Shown piece after piece: positions 12,395-25,000 of a stretch of 64,000 bases of DNA; the first letter of the stretch is position 1; every line of letters begins with the position of its first letter. The notes beneath the pieces are model-generated. The model was not told where the DNA came from and ran no database searches. It worked only from the letters and a program-made list of their open reading frames with translations. Made by a program: the position numbers and the translations under genes. The stretch lies in assembly GCA_043228905.1 (NCBI GenBank), contig JBHGNT010000002.1, positions 10,416,001-10,480,000 of the forward strand, read 5' to 3'. The DNA is from Azolla caroliniana (lineage: Eukaryota; Plantae; Polypodiophyta).

Positions 12395-14179
12395 TATGGG
12401 TTGAAACAAGCTCCACGCCAATGGTACAACAAGTTTGAATCCTTCATGATGGAACATCTGTTCTAGAAAACACAGTCTGATCACTATGTGTTCGTCAAAA
12501 GATTCAAAGAAGGTGACTTCTTGATCCTCTTATTATATGTGGATGACGTGTTCCTTGTCTGACAAGATACGGAGAGGATCGTGAGCTTGAAGAAAGCATT
12601 AGGCAAGTCATTTGCCATGGAAGATCTTGGACTGGCTAAACAGATCTTAGGGATTCACATAGTTCGGGACAAAACTAAGAAAGTGTCAAGTGGTTGTCAC
12701 AAGAGAAGTATGTGACAAAGATCTTGGAGAGGTTCAACATGTCGAAAACAAAGCCAGTTGGCTCTATGTTGCCAACCAACTACAAGTTGAATACTAATCA
12801 ATGCCAGAGAGGGGAGAAGGAAAAAGGTACTTGATGAAGAAAGTACCATATGCCTCAACCGTCGGTAGTCTAATGTATGCTATGGTCTATACGAGACCAA
12901 ACATAACCTTTGTTGTGGGGACAATAAGACGATATATGAGTAATCCAGGAAGAGAACACTGGGCATCTGTTAAATGGATACTTAGGCATTTGAAAGGCAC
13001 CTAAGGTGTATGCCTTAGGTATAGTGTCGAAAAACCTATGCTCGAAGGTTTTACCGACTAGGACATGTCGGGGGATATAGATTCAAGTCGATCTACTTTA
13101 GGGTACATGATGACATATGCAAGGGAGCAGTGTCGTGGTAGTCACGACTGCAAAAGTTTGTGGCCTTGTCGACCACAGAGGCAGAGTATATGGCAATGGC
13201 AGAGGTCGGGGAAGAGCTGATTTGGACGAGAAATTTTCTCTGTGAGCTGGGAAGGAAGCGAAGGGAGTTCTTCCTTCATTGTTACAACCAGAGCGCCATA
13301 CATCTAGCCAAGAATATTGCATACCACTCGTGAACCAAACATATACAGAGGAGATATCATTGGTTGCGGGAGAAAGTGGAGGAAGGAGAGTTTACCCTTG
13401 TAAAGATCCATATTGACGACAATGGATCCGACATGCTGACAAAGAACCTATCGATGGATAGACTCAATGTTTGTCAATAGAGGACAGGACTGACCGACTC
13501 TACCCATAGGAGTGAAGGGGGAGTTTGTTAGGAATATGTCCCTCCTATGGGAGTAGATGACTAGTCGGGCCAAGTGCCAACAATCGAAGACAAGAAGCAG
13601 CTGACTGGTCTGGCCGAGAGCTGACAATCGAAGACATGGAGAGTCGATTGGGGGAGTCGATAGTAGGAGAGTCCAAGTCATGGACACGACCAACTAGTTG
13701 GTTGAAGACGAGGCCAACTAGTCGGGCTGACTAGATAGTTGACACTGGAATCGACTAGTCGATCAGTTGACTGATTAATTATTATTGTTATAATAGGCAT
13801 GACAGTAGCAATGGGTACATTTTTAAATAGCCTATACAATGTATAAGTATAAATACACTTAGGGAAAACATAGAGAGCAGTGTGTGTAGAACAGAAAGTG
13901 TAGAGTTTTTTGTATAGAGTGAGTTACAGCGGAAGAGAGAGAGAAATAGAGTGAGCGGCGTCATAGCTGTGTGAGCCTAGAAGCCAAGTCTAGCTCTGTG
14001 TGGCTGATACACTCTGTGCAAAGAGTGCTTGTATACTATCTCTCTCATATTATCTATTGTATAGTGGATCTCTGTTCCCGTGGTTTGTCCCCATTAAGGG
14101 TTTCCATGTTAAACGCTGTGTATTTCTCGATATTCCACAGTCAGTCATTTTCACGACTAAAACGGAGTGAACCCCAACA
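12395..14179 (+). mobile_element. Ty1/Copia 3' half (RT-RNase H, PPT, 3' LTR 13526-14179)
   Basis: YGLKQAPRQWY begins right at the Gypsy LTR end; LLYVDD; VPYASTVGSLMYAM; PPT GGAGTGAAGGGGGAG ~13509-13523; LTR TGTTAGG..CCCCAACA. Confidence 0.9.
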
Positions 14180-14438
14180 TCTATAAGTCCTGTCCACGCA
14201 ATTTCAAAGGCAGTTATTTCTTCCTCTTCCAAGGCATGCCTATAGCATGGAATGGCTGTTTTTTTGTCTTTCCGCAATATAGTCTATTCCATAGTTGGTC
14301 TTTCTCACGAATAAAACAGAGTGAACCCCAACATTTATAAGTCATGTCCACACAATTTCAAAGGTAGTTATTTCTTCCTCTTACAAGGTATGCCTGTAGC
14401 ATGCAATGGCATTTGTACTTTTCTCTTGAGCATGCCTT

Positions 14439-15998
14439 TGTTGAGAAACATGTCCCTCCGAATTGAAAGAGAAGGACCGTGTTGGTGAGAACCACACATA
14501 TGAACTGACCGAAATACCGAGAGGAAAGAAGGCACTCCGGAATAAATGGGTATACAAGTTGAAACCAGGAGATGGCGGGAATCCACCCAGGTACAAAGCA
14601 TGAATCGTCCTGAAAGGTTTCCAACAGAAGAAGGGTGTCGATTTTGACGAAATATTTGCCCCGGTCGTAAAGATGACATCAATCTGAACCGTGTTGAGCA
14701 TCACGGCTAGCATGGATCTTGAAGTCGAGCAATTGGATGTCAAGACGACGTTTCTACACGGTGATCTCAAAGAGGAGATCTATATGCACCAACCGGAAGG
14801 ATTTGTAGAGAAAGGCGAAGAGGACTTGGTATGCCGATTAAGGAAGAGCTTGTACAGGTTGAAGCAACTGCCTCGGCAATGGTACCGAAAATTCGAATCC
14901 TTCATGACCGACAATGGGTACCACAAAACGCAGGCCCATCACTGCGTATTTGGGAAAAAATTCGACAAAGGAGATTTCCTCATCCTTCTGTTGATTGTCG
15001 AATGAGACCATACGAAGATCCGAGTGCTGAAAAAGGCTTTGAGGAAATTGTTCTCGATGAAGGATATGGGTCCGGCAAAGAAAGTCTTGGGGATGCACAT
15101 TGTTCAGGATCGAACAAAGAAACTGTTGTGGTTGTGACAAGGAAAATACGTGAGAAAGGTGCTCTAGAGATTCGGCATGGAAAGCGTGAAACCGGTCGGC
15201 TTGACACTACCGACGAACTGCAAGCTAAGCAAAGAACAATGTTCGAAATCGAAAACCGAGAAGGCCAAGATGTCAAAGGTCCCTTATGCCTCGGAAGTCG
15301 GAAGCCTGATGTACATGATGGTATGTACTAGGCCGGACATAGGATACGCAGTCGGCATGGTTAGCCGATACACGAGCAACCCCGGAAGAGAGCATTGGGC
15401 TGCCATGAAGTGGATACTTCGTTATCCAGAGAAGATATCATTGGCTTCAAGAGAGAGTAGAAGAAGAGGAGTTTGCTGTAGTGAAGATCCACACAACCAA
15501 AAATAGATCGGATATGTTGACGAAGGTGCTGTCAGCCGAAAAGTTAAACGTGTGCCGACAGAGAGTCGGTTTGATGAAGTACCCCATGCCGGAGTGAAGG
15601 GGGATTTTGTTGGGAAATGTGTCCCTCTGGATGGGAAGAGAAGGACCGTGTTGATGAGTATTTCGTCCGAGGGCGATAGGCCGAGGCCGAAACCGAAACT
15701 GAAACCGAAATTGAAATCGGAAACCGAAATTGTTTCGGAAGACTATAATTGTAAATAGTCTAAAATGTCCCTATGGGTTATACTTGTAAGCAACTAGGGC
15801 AAACTAGGGCAAACTTTAGTAAGTAGATGTAGTTTATTATTATTGAAAAAGTTCGAACGAGGTAGTTGCCTCTATAACTATGAGCGTGAGAGAGTGAGAG
15901 TGCAACTCTGTAGCTATCTGTCAGACGAAGGAGAACTCGAGGTTGTTGCCTCCGAGTTCCGTACTTGTACTTCCTCTCTACTATAGTGATTGGTTTTT
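14439..15998 (+). mobile_element. Internally deleted Copia (5' LTR stub fused to RT; RNase H mostly deleted; 3' LTR from 15608, truncated)
   Basis: TGTTGAGAAACATGTCCCTC..AGAGAAGGACCGTGTTG matches the LTR start at 15608, then runs into ENHTYELTE..NKWVYKLK; QLDVKTTFLHG; PPT ~15591-15604. Confidence 0.85.
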
Positions 15999-16700
15999 CT
16001 CGAGGTTTGTGGGCTTCTTACAAAAGTTGCAAATTATTACCCGCCTTTTCGCATTGTCACTTTGACCTATCGGAGAAGATTGGTATCTACGTTTACCGCT
16101 TTCTCCTTCCGACTCTTTTGGTTGGTAACGAGCTTTTGTGTCAAATAGAATGCGGGCACGTTCCATCACTTCTCCCAAGGTCTTGGGTTGATGAGTGTGG
16201 ATCTCATAATGAAAATCTTTATTATGGAAACTATTAATATATAATCCTATAAGTATTTCCTCATTAGAAGCTGACAAAAGTCCATGCTTTGTTATCAAGT
16301 CGCGGGAATACTGATTGAATTGGTCAATAGTCCTGCCCTTATTAGACAAGTGACACATATCTTGTATCACTTGAGAAGTCGTCTTGGGATGGACAAATTC
16401 CATCCTGAGAATCTTTTCAAATGTCTCCCACGTTCCCGGTTTTCTATCCAACCGCTTCCACCATGAGTTTGCGGCACCGATCATCTCACGAACCACCATA
16501 TTGATCTTTTCAGAGTCATTCTGAATATTCTCGAGGCGAACGCAGTTGTGACCATTGTCATTGGTTTGACAATATCATCTTGCGTTTTATGAAAATCATC
16601 CCTCGTGACGAATTTGATATTGTCATTAATATCCACATCACGGGCTGGAGATATTAGTCGGTCGTCCTCATCTCGCATCGGAGAAATTGGATGACCTTGA
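15998..16700 (-). pseudogene. Gypsy-type gag fragment
   Basis: GAANSWWKRL..TWETFEKILRMEF retrotransposon gag pattern; ends in a truncated zinc knuckle (ICNFCKKP). Confidence 0.7.
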
Positions 16701-17649
16701 CAGTGTCATGTTATTCTGCACGCGCAGGAGAAACCAAGGTGGGACGGTGGGGGCCCTAAACCAGGGAGGAGCCAAACGGAGGGAGGAGCGACACAAAACC
16801 ACGGCCAAGCCACGCGCACAAATACACAAAGAACTCACAACGAAGATCGAACAACAAATAAGGAAAATATATATTTATGACTTGGCTTTGACATGCCCGT
16901 ATCAATGCCTTTATGATTGGCCCGTGTCTGCATTCCACCTTCTCGTTTCCCTCCGGATTGTACGCCCTGGTGAGCGAGAGTTTAACCCCTAACCAATCAA
17001 ACAACTCTTCGGCCTCTTGTGCATCCAGTTCTCCACGGTCTTATATGATCTTCCCTACGCACCCGTACCGACATACCACCTCTTCGATCAAGAACCAACA
17101 CACAACCGCAGTCATCTTGTTTGGTAACGGTTGACCCTCCACTTGGTTCGTCAGGTCCTCTCGTGCTAGCACCAAGTATCGCATCTGCCCTACCCCCATC
17201 GACATCGTTGTTGCCTATTAGGAACACGGTCCGTGATCAGTCCTTCGACCTAGACCCCAAGGTGGGTGTGGAACAACGAACAGAGCTCAAGCGTACTGCG
17301 TAAGGAGAGAACCTCTGTAATTCCTTCGCGTATAAGGGAAGATGGATACAACCGAATCCTTATCACAAATTACACTTACGTACTACTACGCTTATGTATC
17401 CGAGACACAGACACTGAATTAGCCGCAGCTATACACAGAAACTCAAAGAAGATAGTATTCTATTATCAGGCGTTTTTTTACATTTCCCAAAATTTACACG
17501 CACCTCCATAAGAGGTTTTCTGCCCTTTATATATGCAGGGTCTAATTAGCTGTTCACGCTTCCCGCGTGAACCGTTACATACGTTATGCTTATATAGTTT
17601 CTTATTCCTACGCTTTTGGCCGTCGGTTACTATTCCGGCGGACAACACT

Positions 17650-17666
17650 TGGCACGCCTGTGGGAC
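17650..17666 (+). promoter_or_regulatory. Second, inverted tRNA-Arg PBS-like site occupying the PPT position
   Basis: CAACA-CT-TGGCACGCCTGTGGGAC abutting the 3' LTR; no purine tract on the coding strand. Confidence 0.7.
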
Positions 17667-17694
17667 AGTGCCTTTGCACGTCGGACCCATCCTG

Positions 17695-20689
17695 TTAATC
17701 TTCTTCCAAAATGGCCCGGATGTTCAGTTTTGTTGTGGTGTCCTCATCCGGAGTTGATGTAGGGCCCGTAGGTGCATCGTGGTGCGGCTCCTCTGCTTGG
17801 TCGTCCTGGTTTCTCCCGGAGTCGTCTTCGCCATGTGCGGGTGGTCCAGGTACGGTGGGATCTTCTTGAGTTAGTGGGCTGGGCTCCGCCATTGGCGTGC
17901 TTGCAGTCGGCTGCAGCTCAGCCTCTATTGTTACGTCCTCCGCGGTGTTGGCCGTTTTTGTGTGTCCCTGGGCGTGGGGCGGGGATTCCGCCTGGTCCGC
18001 ACTATTTTCCGCGTTTTCTGAAGATGGTGTGGGCTAGTGCAGCTGGACCTCTTGTTGGTTAATGGTTTCGCTGTTTGGTCCTGTGGGGAACTCCGCTCGT
18101 TCGTCCCCGCTATTCTCCCCTATTGTCATCCTTGGTGATCGGGCCTGAGGTTCCTCTTCTTCGGCTGTGACCGGAATTGGTGTCCCGCTGGGTTCCTCGT
18201 TTGTGTGCGTGTTGCCGGTTTGTGTGATCTGGTGAAATAGCTCCTCCTGACTTTTACCAAAATCATCTAGGAGTTGTGCGAGTTCTTCGGAGTGTTGGTC
18301 TGCTAACGCGCGATAGTCTTGCGCTAGGTCCTCTAGTACGGTCGCGATGCTCTCCTCGTTTAGCTTATAAAACCCTCGGCCATCTTTCCGCCGGTTCTCC
18401 CAGTCCGCACGATACGTGTGCAAATCCGCTGCTTGGGTTGCCCACGCCATCCATCCTTTGTCCAGCGCCATTTTCAATTGCGTTGTGAACCTTTCCCGGT
18501 TGGTTTGGAGAAGGATGCGCACGTTATCCGTGATGGCCTGGCAGCGGTTGTGTGCGTCTTCCATCGACTTCTGGAGATTCGCGATTTCCTGTTGTTTAAC
18601 GGTTGCCGCTTCCTCATACGTGGCCTTCAAGCCCGCCCACAACTAGGATTCCTTTGCACGTTGTTCTTCTAGCTTCCCCATTTCATTGTTTCGGCGGATT
18701 TCGAGTTGATGCCTTCTGTCTTGTTCGACCACCAACTGCGCATCGAACCATACCTTCTTTTTTTCTAATAAGGCCCGAAGTCCCGCTATTGCCACCTCTG
18801 ATTTCTTCGCGTCCTCTCGTAATTGGGCATTGTCGTCTTTTGTCCGGATGTGCTGGGCTACCTCCGTAGCTAGTTTCTCTTCAAGAGTTTTTACGGCCTT
18901 TCGTCCGTTACCCCGTATCTCCTTTTCTCTGTCGGAGGATTGGCGTAGTTCTGCTCGAAGACGGTCAATTTCAGATTCCGCTAGCTGCACGGCCCTTTTT
19001 GCTTTTGAAGCGATGGTGGTCTGAGCCTCGATTTCTTCTTTGAGAGCGTTGATAACATGGTTCGGTGGCGGGGTTTCGTGTTGCGCCGTAGTCGCATGAG
19101 CTTCCAACTCCGCGATGCGTGCATTGGCCTTTTGTAGTTCGGCTTCGGTCAGTTTAACCTTCTTCCAGACATTCTTATTTTTTATGGCCATCTCCTTGGC
19201 GCCTGTGCTGACCTTTGCCAGTTCCCGATGGACTTCGACTAGGGCCGTGTTTAAGGCTGGTATCTCCATCCCTACTCGCCGTACCCCGGCGTTCCTCTGT
19301 CTGTTGACCCTGGCTAGCCGGTCCTCATCGTCGCTCTCCGTTGTTTGTGTTAGGGCGCGCTCTATCATCTAATGTTCCGCATGCTCCTCGGCCATTCGTT
19401 GGGCGTCTTTGACCTGTTGTGTTTCCAGGAACTCCATGAGCTCGAAAGAGGTACCGAACTGCAAGAGGGTGCTGAATTCGTGGGCCATATCGGGAATATC
19501 CGGATATGCCAAAACCTCTCTCTCCGCCGTCAATACGGCTTTCCCTCGTTGGGACTGAGTCGTAATAATCGGCCGCGGCTCCTTGATGATTTCGAAGGTG
19601 GTATTCGGCTATGTTGTTGCGGAGCCTTCGCCTTCGGTTAGTGCCTCCGGAGCCATGGGGGCGTTTTTTACCAACCCCTGCCCATCTTTCCTGTCCGATC
19701 TGCGCCATTTTGGTCTAGGGCTTTCCCGCTGTGCTTCGGTGTCTGGTTCTGGGGCTGCTTCCATGGGGCGTCTCGGCTGTTCCTCCTGCGTCGCCCGTGT
19801 GTCTAGCTGGTCGGTAGGAGGTGTTGTCCTTGGGCCTGGTTGGGCCGGTTGGGGTTCCTCCTCCCACTCTGGGGCCGCTAACTCCGCTAACCTGCGTTTC
19901 GCGGAGCGGGGCGGGGCCGTGGGTTGGCTGGGCTGCGGTGCTGGTAGGCCTCGGGGTGGAAACAGTACCGTAAGGTATTGTTGGATGATTGGCCTGAGCT
20001 TTTTGCCTGCTTGGTACGCATGCAAGCATTCCCTTAACGCCAGCCCTGTGATGACCCCCCAGTCGACTGTACGCCCTTCAAAGGTGTCGATAATGATGCC
20101 CGCCTTCTGCTTAGGCATCCTGTATCCGTTGACATGGATGCAGCCGATTTCCAGTAGGAACTTGACAACTTCACGGAAGAAGGGATCCGGAATCTGTTTT
20201 GCTATAGGCCTTGGCGGAGGATGAATATGGGCCAAAATACCGCTGCAGCGCCTCTGCAGGAGGTATTTCGAAATGTCTTTCGCCTAGTGAGGATAAGTCT
20301 AACTTCTTTCGAATGGAAGAGTTGGTGACCGTGTCGATGTTAAGCCACATGGCGATGTCCATGGCGTCCGGGTGTGGAGGTGCTTCTGCGACCCGAATGT
20401 AACCATCTAGGTGCTTCTCCACGAGCCATCGGCGTAGGGCAGTAGAGATGAAGATCGACATCGCCAGAGTAGGTTCGTGGAGAGGAGACGGGTAGTAGTG
20501 GTGAGTTGGAGCTCTGAGATAGGATGGGGAAGAAGGTGAGGAGGAGCGATGGGAGCGCTGATAGCTAGACGATGGGTTTCTGCTTTGTGCAGAAAATCTT
20601 CTATTTCCTTCTTTTTGTGGCTTAGGGTTCCTTGGGCGGTGAGCCATCGTGGTGCCGCGTGTTCTTGAACTAGGAGTTTGTGCATGCAT
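17695..20689 (-). pseudogene. Extra ORF region between integrase and 3' LTR (globular N-terminus, Pro-rich linker, long coiled coil, acidic tail)
   Basis: Consecutive minus-strand ORFs 20171-20689, 19609-20235, 18643-19368, 18034-18642, 17695-17892; 18643-19368 and 18034-18642 are in one frame separated by a single stop; heptad-like E/K/A/L/R composition. Confidence 0.7.
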
Positions 20690-21191
20690 TTAGTCGTTTT
20701 AATAGTCTCTATCTTCTCTCTTTTTTTTCTTTTCTTTCTTTTTTTTCGTAACGGTTATTTAAACCTATTTTTACATTATAGTACAAATGGGATTGTTCAT
20801 TTTATGCTACGGGTTCTCCGGCTTTGTCCCATTCGGCGGTGAATGGGTTAGGTGGCGTAGGGCCTAGGTAAGGTTTGAGCCGAAACCCGTTCACTTTTTG
20901 CCGTACTATTTCTCCAGCCAGCGTTCCTAGTTGGAACGTGCCCTGTTCCGCTCCAATTATCCAGTATGGGCCGGTCCAGCGGAAATGTAGCTTCCCCGGC
21001 ATCTAGCCCATGCGCGTTTGAAAAACTAGCACCGCTCGGCCCACGGCGAACTCCTTTTCCCTTGCGCTCCAATGTCGATCGACAAACGCTTTACGCCGTC
21101 ACTGTTCCTCTTCCAACACAGCCATGCTGTGGACACGTTTTTCCCCTAGTTCGAGGAGTTGGTAGAGTCGTTCCTCCTCCGACTTGGCTTT

Positions 21192-21797
21192 TTATAATCG
21201 GTTTCGTACCTGAATGCGCAAACTAGGTACCCGAAATTCTACCAGCATCACAGCCTCTAGTCCAAACGCTAGCCAGAACAATGTTGATTGTATGCTTGTT
21301 TTGTAACTAGTTCTGTACACCCATAACGCACTCTGGAGTTTGGTATCCCAGTCCGTTCTATTTTCATTGACGGTTTTCTTCAAAATGGTCTGTAAAGTTT
21401 TGTTCGTGGATTCAGCTAATCCATTCGCCTGCGGGTAGTATGGCATGCTCTTCTTGTGGAGTACTGCGTAATGTTGTGTGAGTTCCCGAACCACCGTATT
21501 GAGGAAGTGGCTCCCCTGGTCACTGATGAGCTCAATCGGGTAGCGGAACCGGCACCAGATGTGCTCGTACAGAAATTTGGTTGTGACGGCCATCGTATTT
21601 ACCCATAGTGCCTTTGTTTCTACCCATTCGGTACAGTAATCCGTGGCTACCAATATGTATTTGTTGCCCGTACCGGCCGCTGCTGGTGTGAAGGGCCCCA
21701 TAAAATCCAATCCCCACTTTTGGAAGGGATCCAGCGGTAATACGGGCTGGTGTGGCATCCTTGCGTCCTCTGCGGGCTGACCCATCCGCTGGCACAA
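21192..21797 (-). pseudogene. Gypsy integrase core
   Basis: PFQKWGLDFMGP, LISDQGSHF, YYPQANGLAESTN. Confidence 0.92.
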
Positions 21798-22062
21798 ATC
21801 ACACTTTCTACAATAATCGGATGTGTCCTTCTACGTTGTTGGCCACCATAAGCCCGCCTGCCATACTTTGCGGGCTATCACGTTGCCCGGGTAATGGCCG
21901 TCGGCCGTGTCGCAGTGTGCCTCCCGTAAAACTGCTTCTTTTTCATTCTGACAGACTCCACGTCGCCAAATGCCATCACTTCCTTTGTGATATAAATTCC
22001 CTTCGACCAGGCAGAAGTGACGGCTTCGGACGACTAGTCGTTTCTTCTCGTCTGTGCGTAAT

Positions 22063-25000
22063 TGTTGAGAGACAAGCTCAACATCGGCCGGATCGGCTGA
22101 AGAAGCCGAGGATCGGATCGGTTGGGACCGATCGGTTAGACCGTTAGGAAATATATTCCGTGAGGAATATATTTGGGAGTTAGTGTAGGAGCTCTTAATG
22201 AGCATTGAAGTACTGTCAGTACTTCGGTCAGTCCTTCTAGGACTTGTACAAAGTGTTCATTGAACACATATATGTATTGTCTTTGTTTTTTGTCTTTTAA
22301 AAAAATATACACACATTCTCTCTCTCGGTCTCTCCCGCGTATATTGCGTAAGCTCAAGCTCTCCATTAAACCTGAGTGTTCTTCCTTCTCTTCGGTCTTC
22401 ATACTTGCTCACGAAGTATCAGAGCTCGAGGGTTGAGAACCTCTCTGCAGCCGACACAGCTTGACGAAGAAGAACGATGGATAGAGGCATGGCGAGCTCG
22501 CTTCCAACAGAGAAGCTCGACAGAACCAACTACGCGTCTTGGTCCTACAAGATGCACCAGTACCTACTCGGGCACGGCTACTGGAGTTATGTCAAAGGAG
22601 CTAATGACGCGGCACCCGAATCAACACACAAAGACTTCCCGTCATGGGAGCAATCGGCGAGCAGGGTATTATACTGCTTCGCATCGTGTGTGGGCGAACA
22701 ACTATTGAGCTATGTTCGGGATGCAAAGACGCCGAAGGGTGCGTGGGAAAATCTGAAGAAGATTTTCGCCGCGAGCACCACAGCCAGGAAGCTTCTGCTC
22801 CGACATGAGTTGAGCAACCTACGACAACGCGACTTGTCGGTGGCGGACTATACCTCGAAGATCAAGGATATCTGTGACTCCCTCGCCTCCATAGAGGTGA
22901 ACATCGAGGAGAGCGAGATGGTCCAGATCTGTCTCGGAGGTTTGGCGTCGAAGTTCGGAGCGTTCCGACCAGCTATGTGTACCCGGGAGAATACACCATC
23001 CTTTTTTGACTTACAGTCAATGCTCCTAGTAGAGGAGAACCACGCGGGTGCGTCTACAAGCACGCACACCGACAGCAGAATGTTGTACACGGAGGGAGAT
23101 AGGCCTTGTGGACGTGGAGGACGAGGCGAGTCGGCACGCAATGGAGGCGGCCGACGAGATCAAGGAAGAAGGCACCAAAGTGATGCCGACAGCAACTCTG
23201 GACCCTCCGGAAACAGGGGGAGTCGAAGCGATGAGAACCGGCAAGGGAAGGCCATCGCGGAGTGCTGGTACTGTGGCAAGAAAGGCCAAAGGGAAAGTGA
23301 GTGCTAGAAGAAGCGCGCCGATTCGGAGAGAACCGGTTCTGGAAACGGCTCCAGACATACCGACAAGGGAAATCAGCAGCGATCGCACTACGCCGAAGAC
23401 TCCCGGAGAGCCGGAGACGGGTCTGCCTTCGTGACGAGACACGAAGCAAACTCAATGAAACAGAGCACCCCGAGATCGGACGAGGTGTGGTACGTAGACA
23501 CCGGTGCATCAAACCACATGATGAGCCATAAGGAGTGGTTCTCGTACCTTGAAAAACCGATACAACCTGGAGTAGTCACAACAGGAGACGACACTCCGCA
23601 TCCGATCGCGAATGTCGGAGAAGTTCCCCTTAGCCATGTCAGGCAGAAAGGGAAACTCATGAACGTGCTGCACGTTCCGACAATCACGAAAAACTTGGTC
23701 TCGGTCGGACAGATCGTCGACCAAGGGATGGAGGTTCGGTTTACACACCTCGGGTGCTTCATTGAGGAAGAAGGCCGTGTGATTGCGCAAGGGCACAGAG
23801 ACGGGAGGATGTTCATCCTCAACTCCACTGACGGTGGCACCGCAATGTTCGCGAGCGAAGGGACAAAAATCCGAGTCGGACATCGACTTGTGGCACAAGC
23901 GGATAGGCCACGTCAACCACCAGCGGCTTCAAGATCTGCAATCGAAATAGGTAGTGTTCGGATTGCCCAAATTTAGTGGCCGAAAGGCACAAATTTGTGA
24001 AGCCTCCCAGCTCGGGAAGCAACACCGACTTCCTTTCCCCAATGAGCGAAACCGGAGCCGGAACAAGCTCGACCTTATACACTCCGATGTATGGGGGCCG
24101 GCACAAAACGTTAGTCTTGGCGGGAGCCGATATTTCGTCTCCTTCATCGACGACCACATGCGGCACACGTGGATCTACCTCATTGAGAGGAAGAGCGAAG
24201 TCTTCGACTGCTTTCGAGACCTCAAAGGGAAAGTGCTTGCGGTCGGATGGCGGGAAAGAGTACTTCTCCGGTCAATTCAACAGTTATCTACAACAAATGG
24301 GAATTCGGCGCGAATTCAGTTGTAGATACACGCTGGAGCAGAATGGCGTGGCCGAGAGGAAGAATCGGTCAGTTGTGGAAGCGGCACGGGCAATGCTGGA
24401 GGAGAAGAGCTTGCCCAAGTTCTACTGGGCCGAGGCGGTAAGGACCGTGGTATACATCCAGAACCGGATCGGAGACAAAGTGTCAGCGCACGAGCTTTAT
24501 TTCGGAACGAAGCCGAACTTGCGACACTTGAGGGTGTTCGGTAGCATTGCGTATGTGCATATACCGAAGGAGAAAAGGAGGAAGCTGGATGCAAAGGCCG
24601 AGAAATGCATCTTGGTCGGTTACTCGGACGAGCAGAAGGGTTATAAGTGCTATAACCCTCGCACCAAACAAGCGCGTGTCAGCCGTGACGTTGTGTTTGA
24701 CGAGTCCGCGTCCTGGTACCTGCCCCCGACTACGAACCCCGACTCCAATCCGAGCTCTAACGATGAGGTCAGCGAGGCCGAGATGCCTCCGGATGAGCCC
24801 GAAATCGAGACCCGCGAAGAGAGTCCGATTTCACTATGGTTAAGTGGACCAATTGGACGACTGAGTCGGTACGACCAGTCCGATAAAGAGCCGGCGAGTA
24901 GTGGAGACTCGGCCATGCATTCCCCGCGCAGGAAGCCGAGGAGATGGCTTACACGCAAAGAGAAAGGGAAGAAGAAGGTGTCGGATTCCGGCACGGATAG

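Noticed and set aside
17209-17666. Left LTR as the true 5' LTR of a plus-strand element
   Set aside because: All gag-pol domains and the LTR TATA are on the minus strand, and a PBS exists at the right LTR
18034-19368. Host SMC/myosin-like gene or env gene
   Set aside because: Lies between paired LTRs; only coiled-coil composition, with no ATPase motif, signal peptide or transmembrane segment visible
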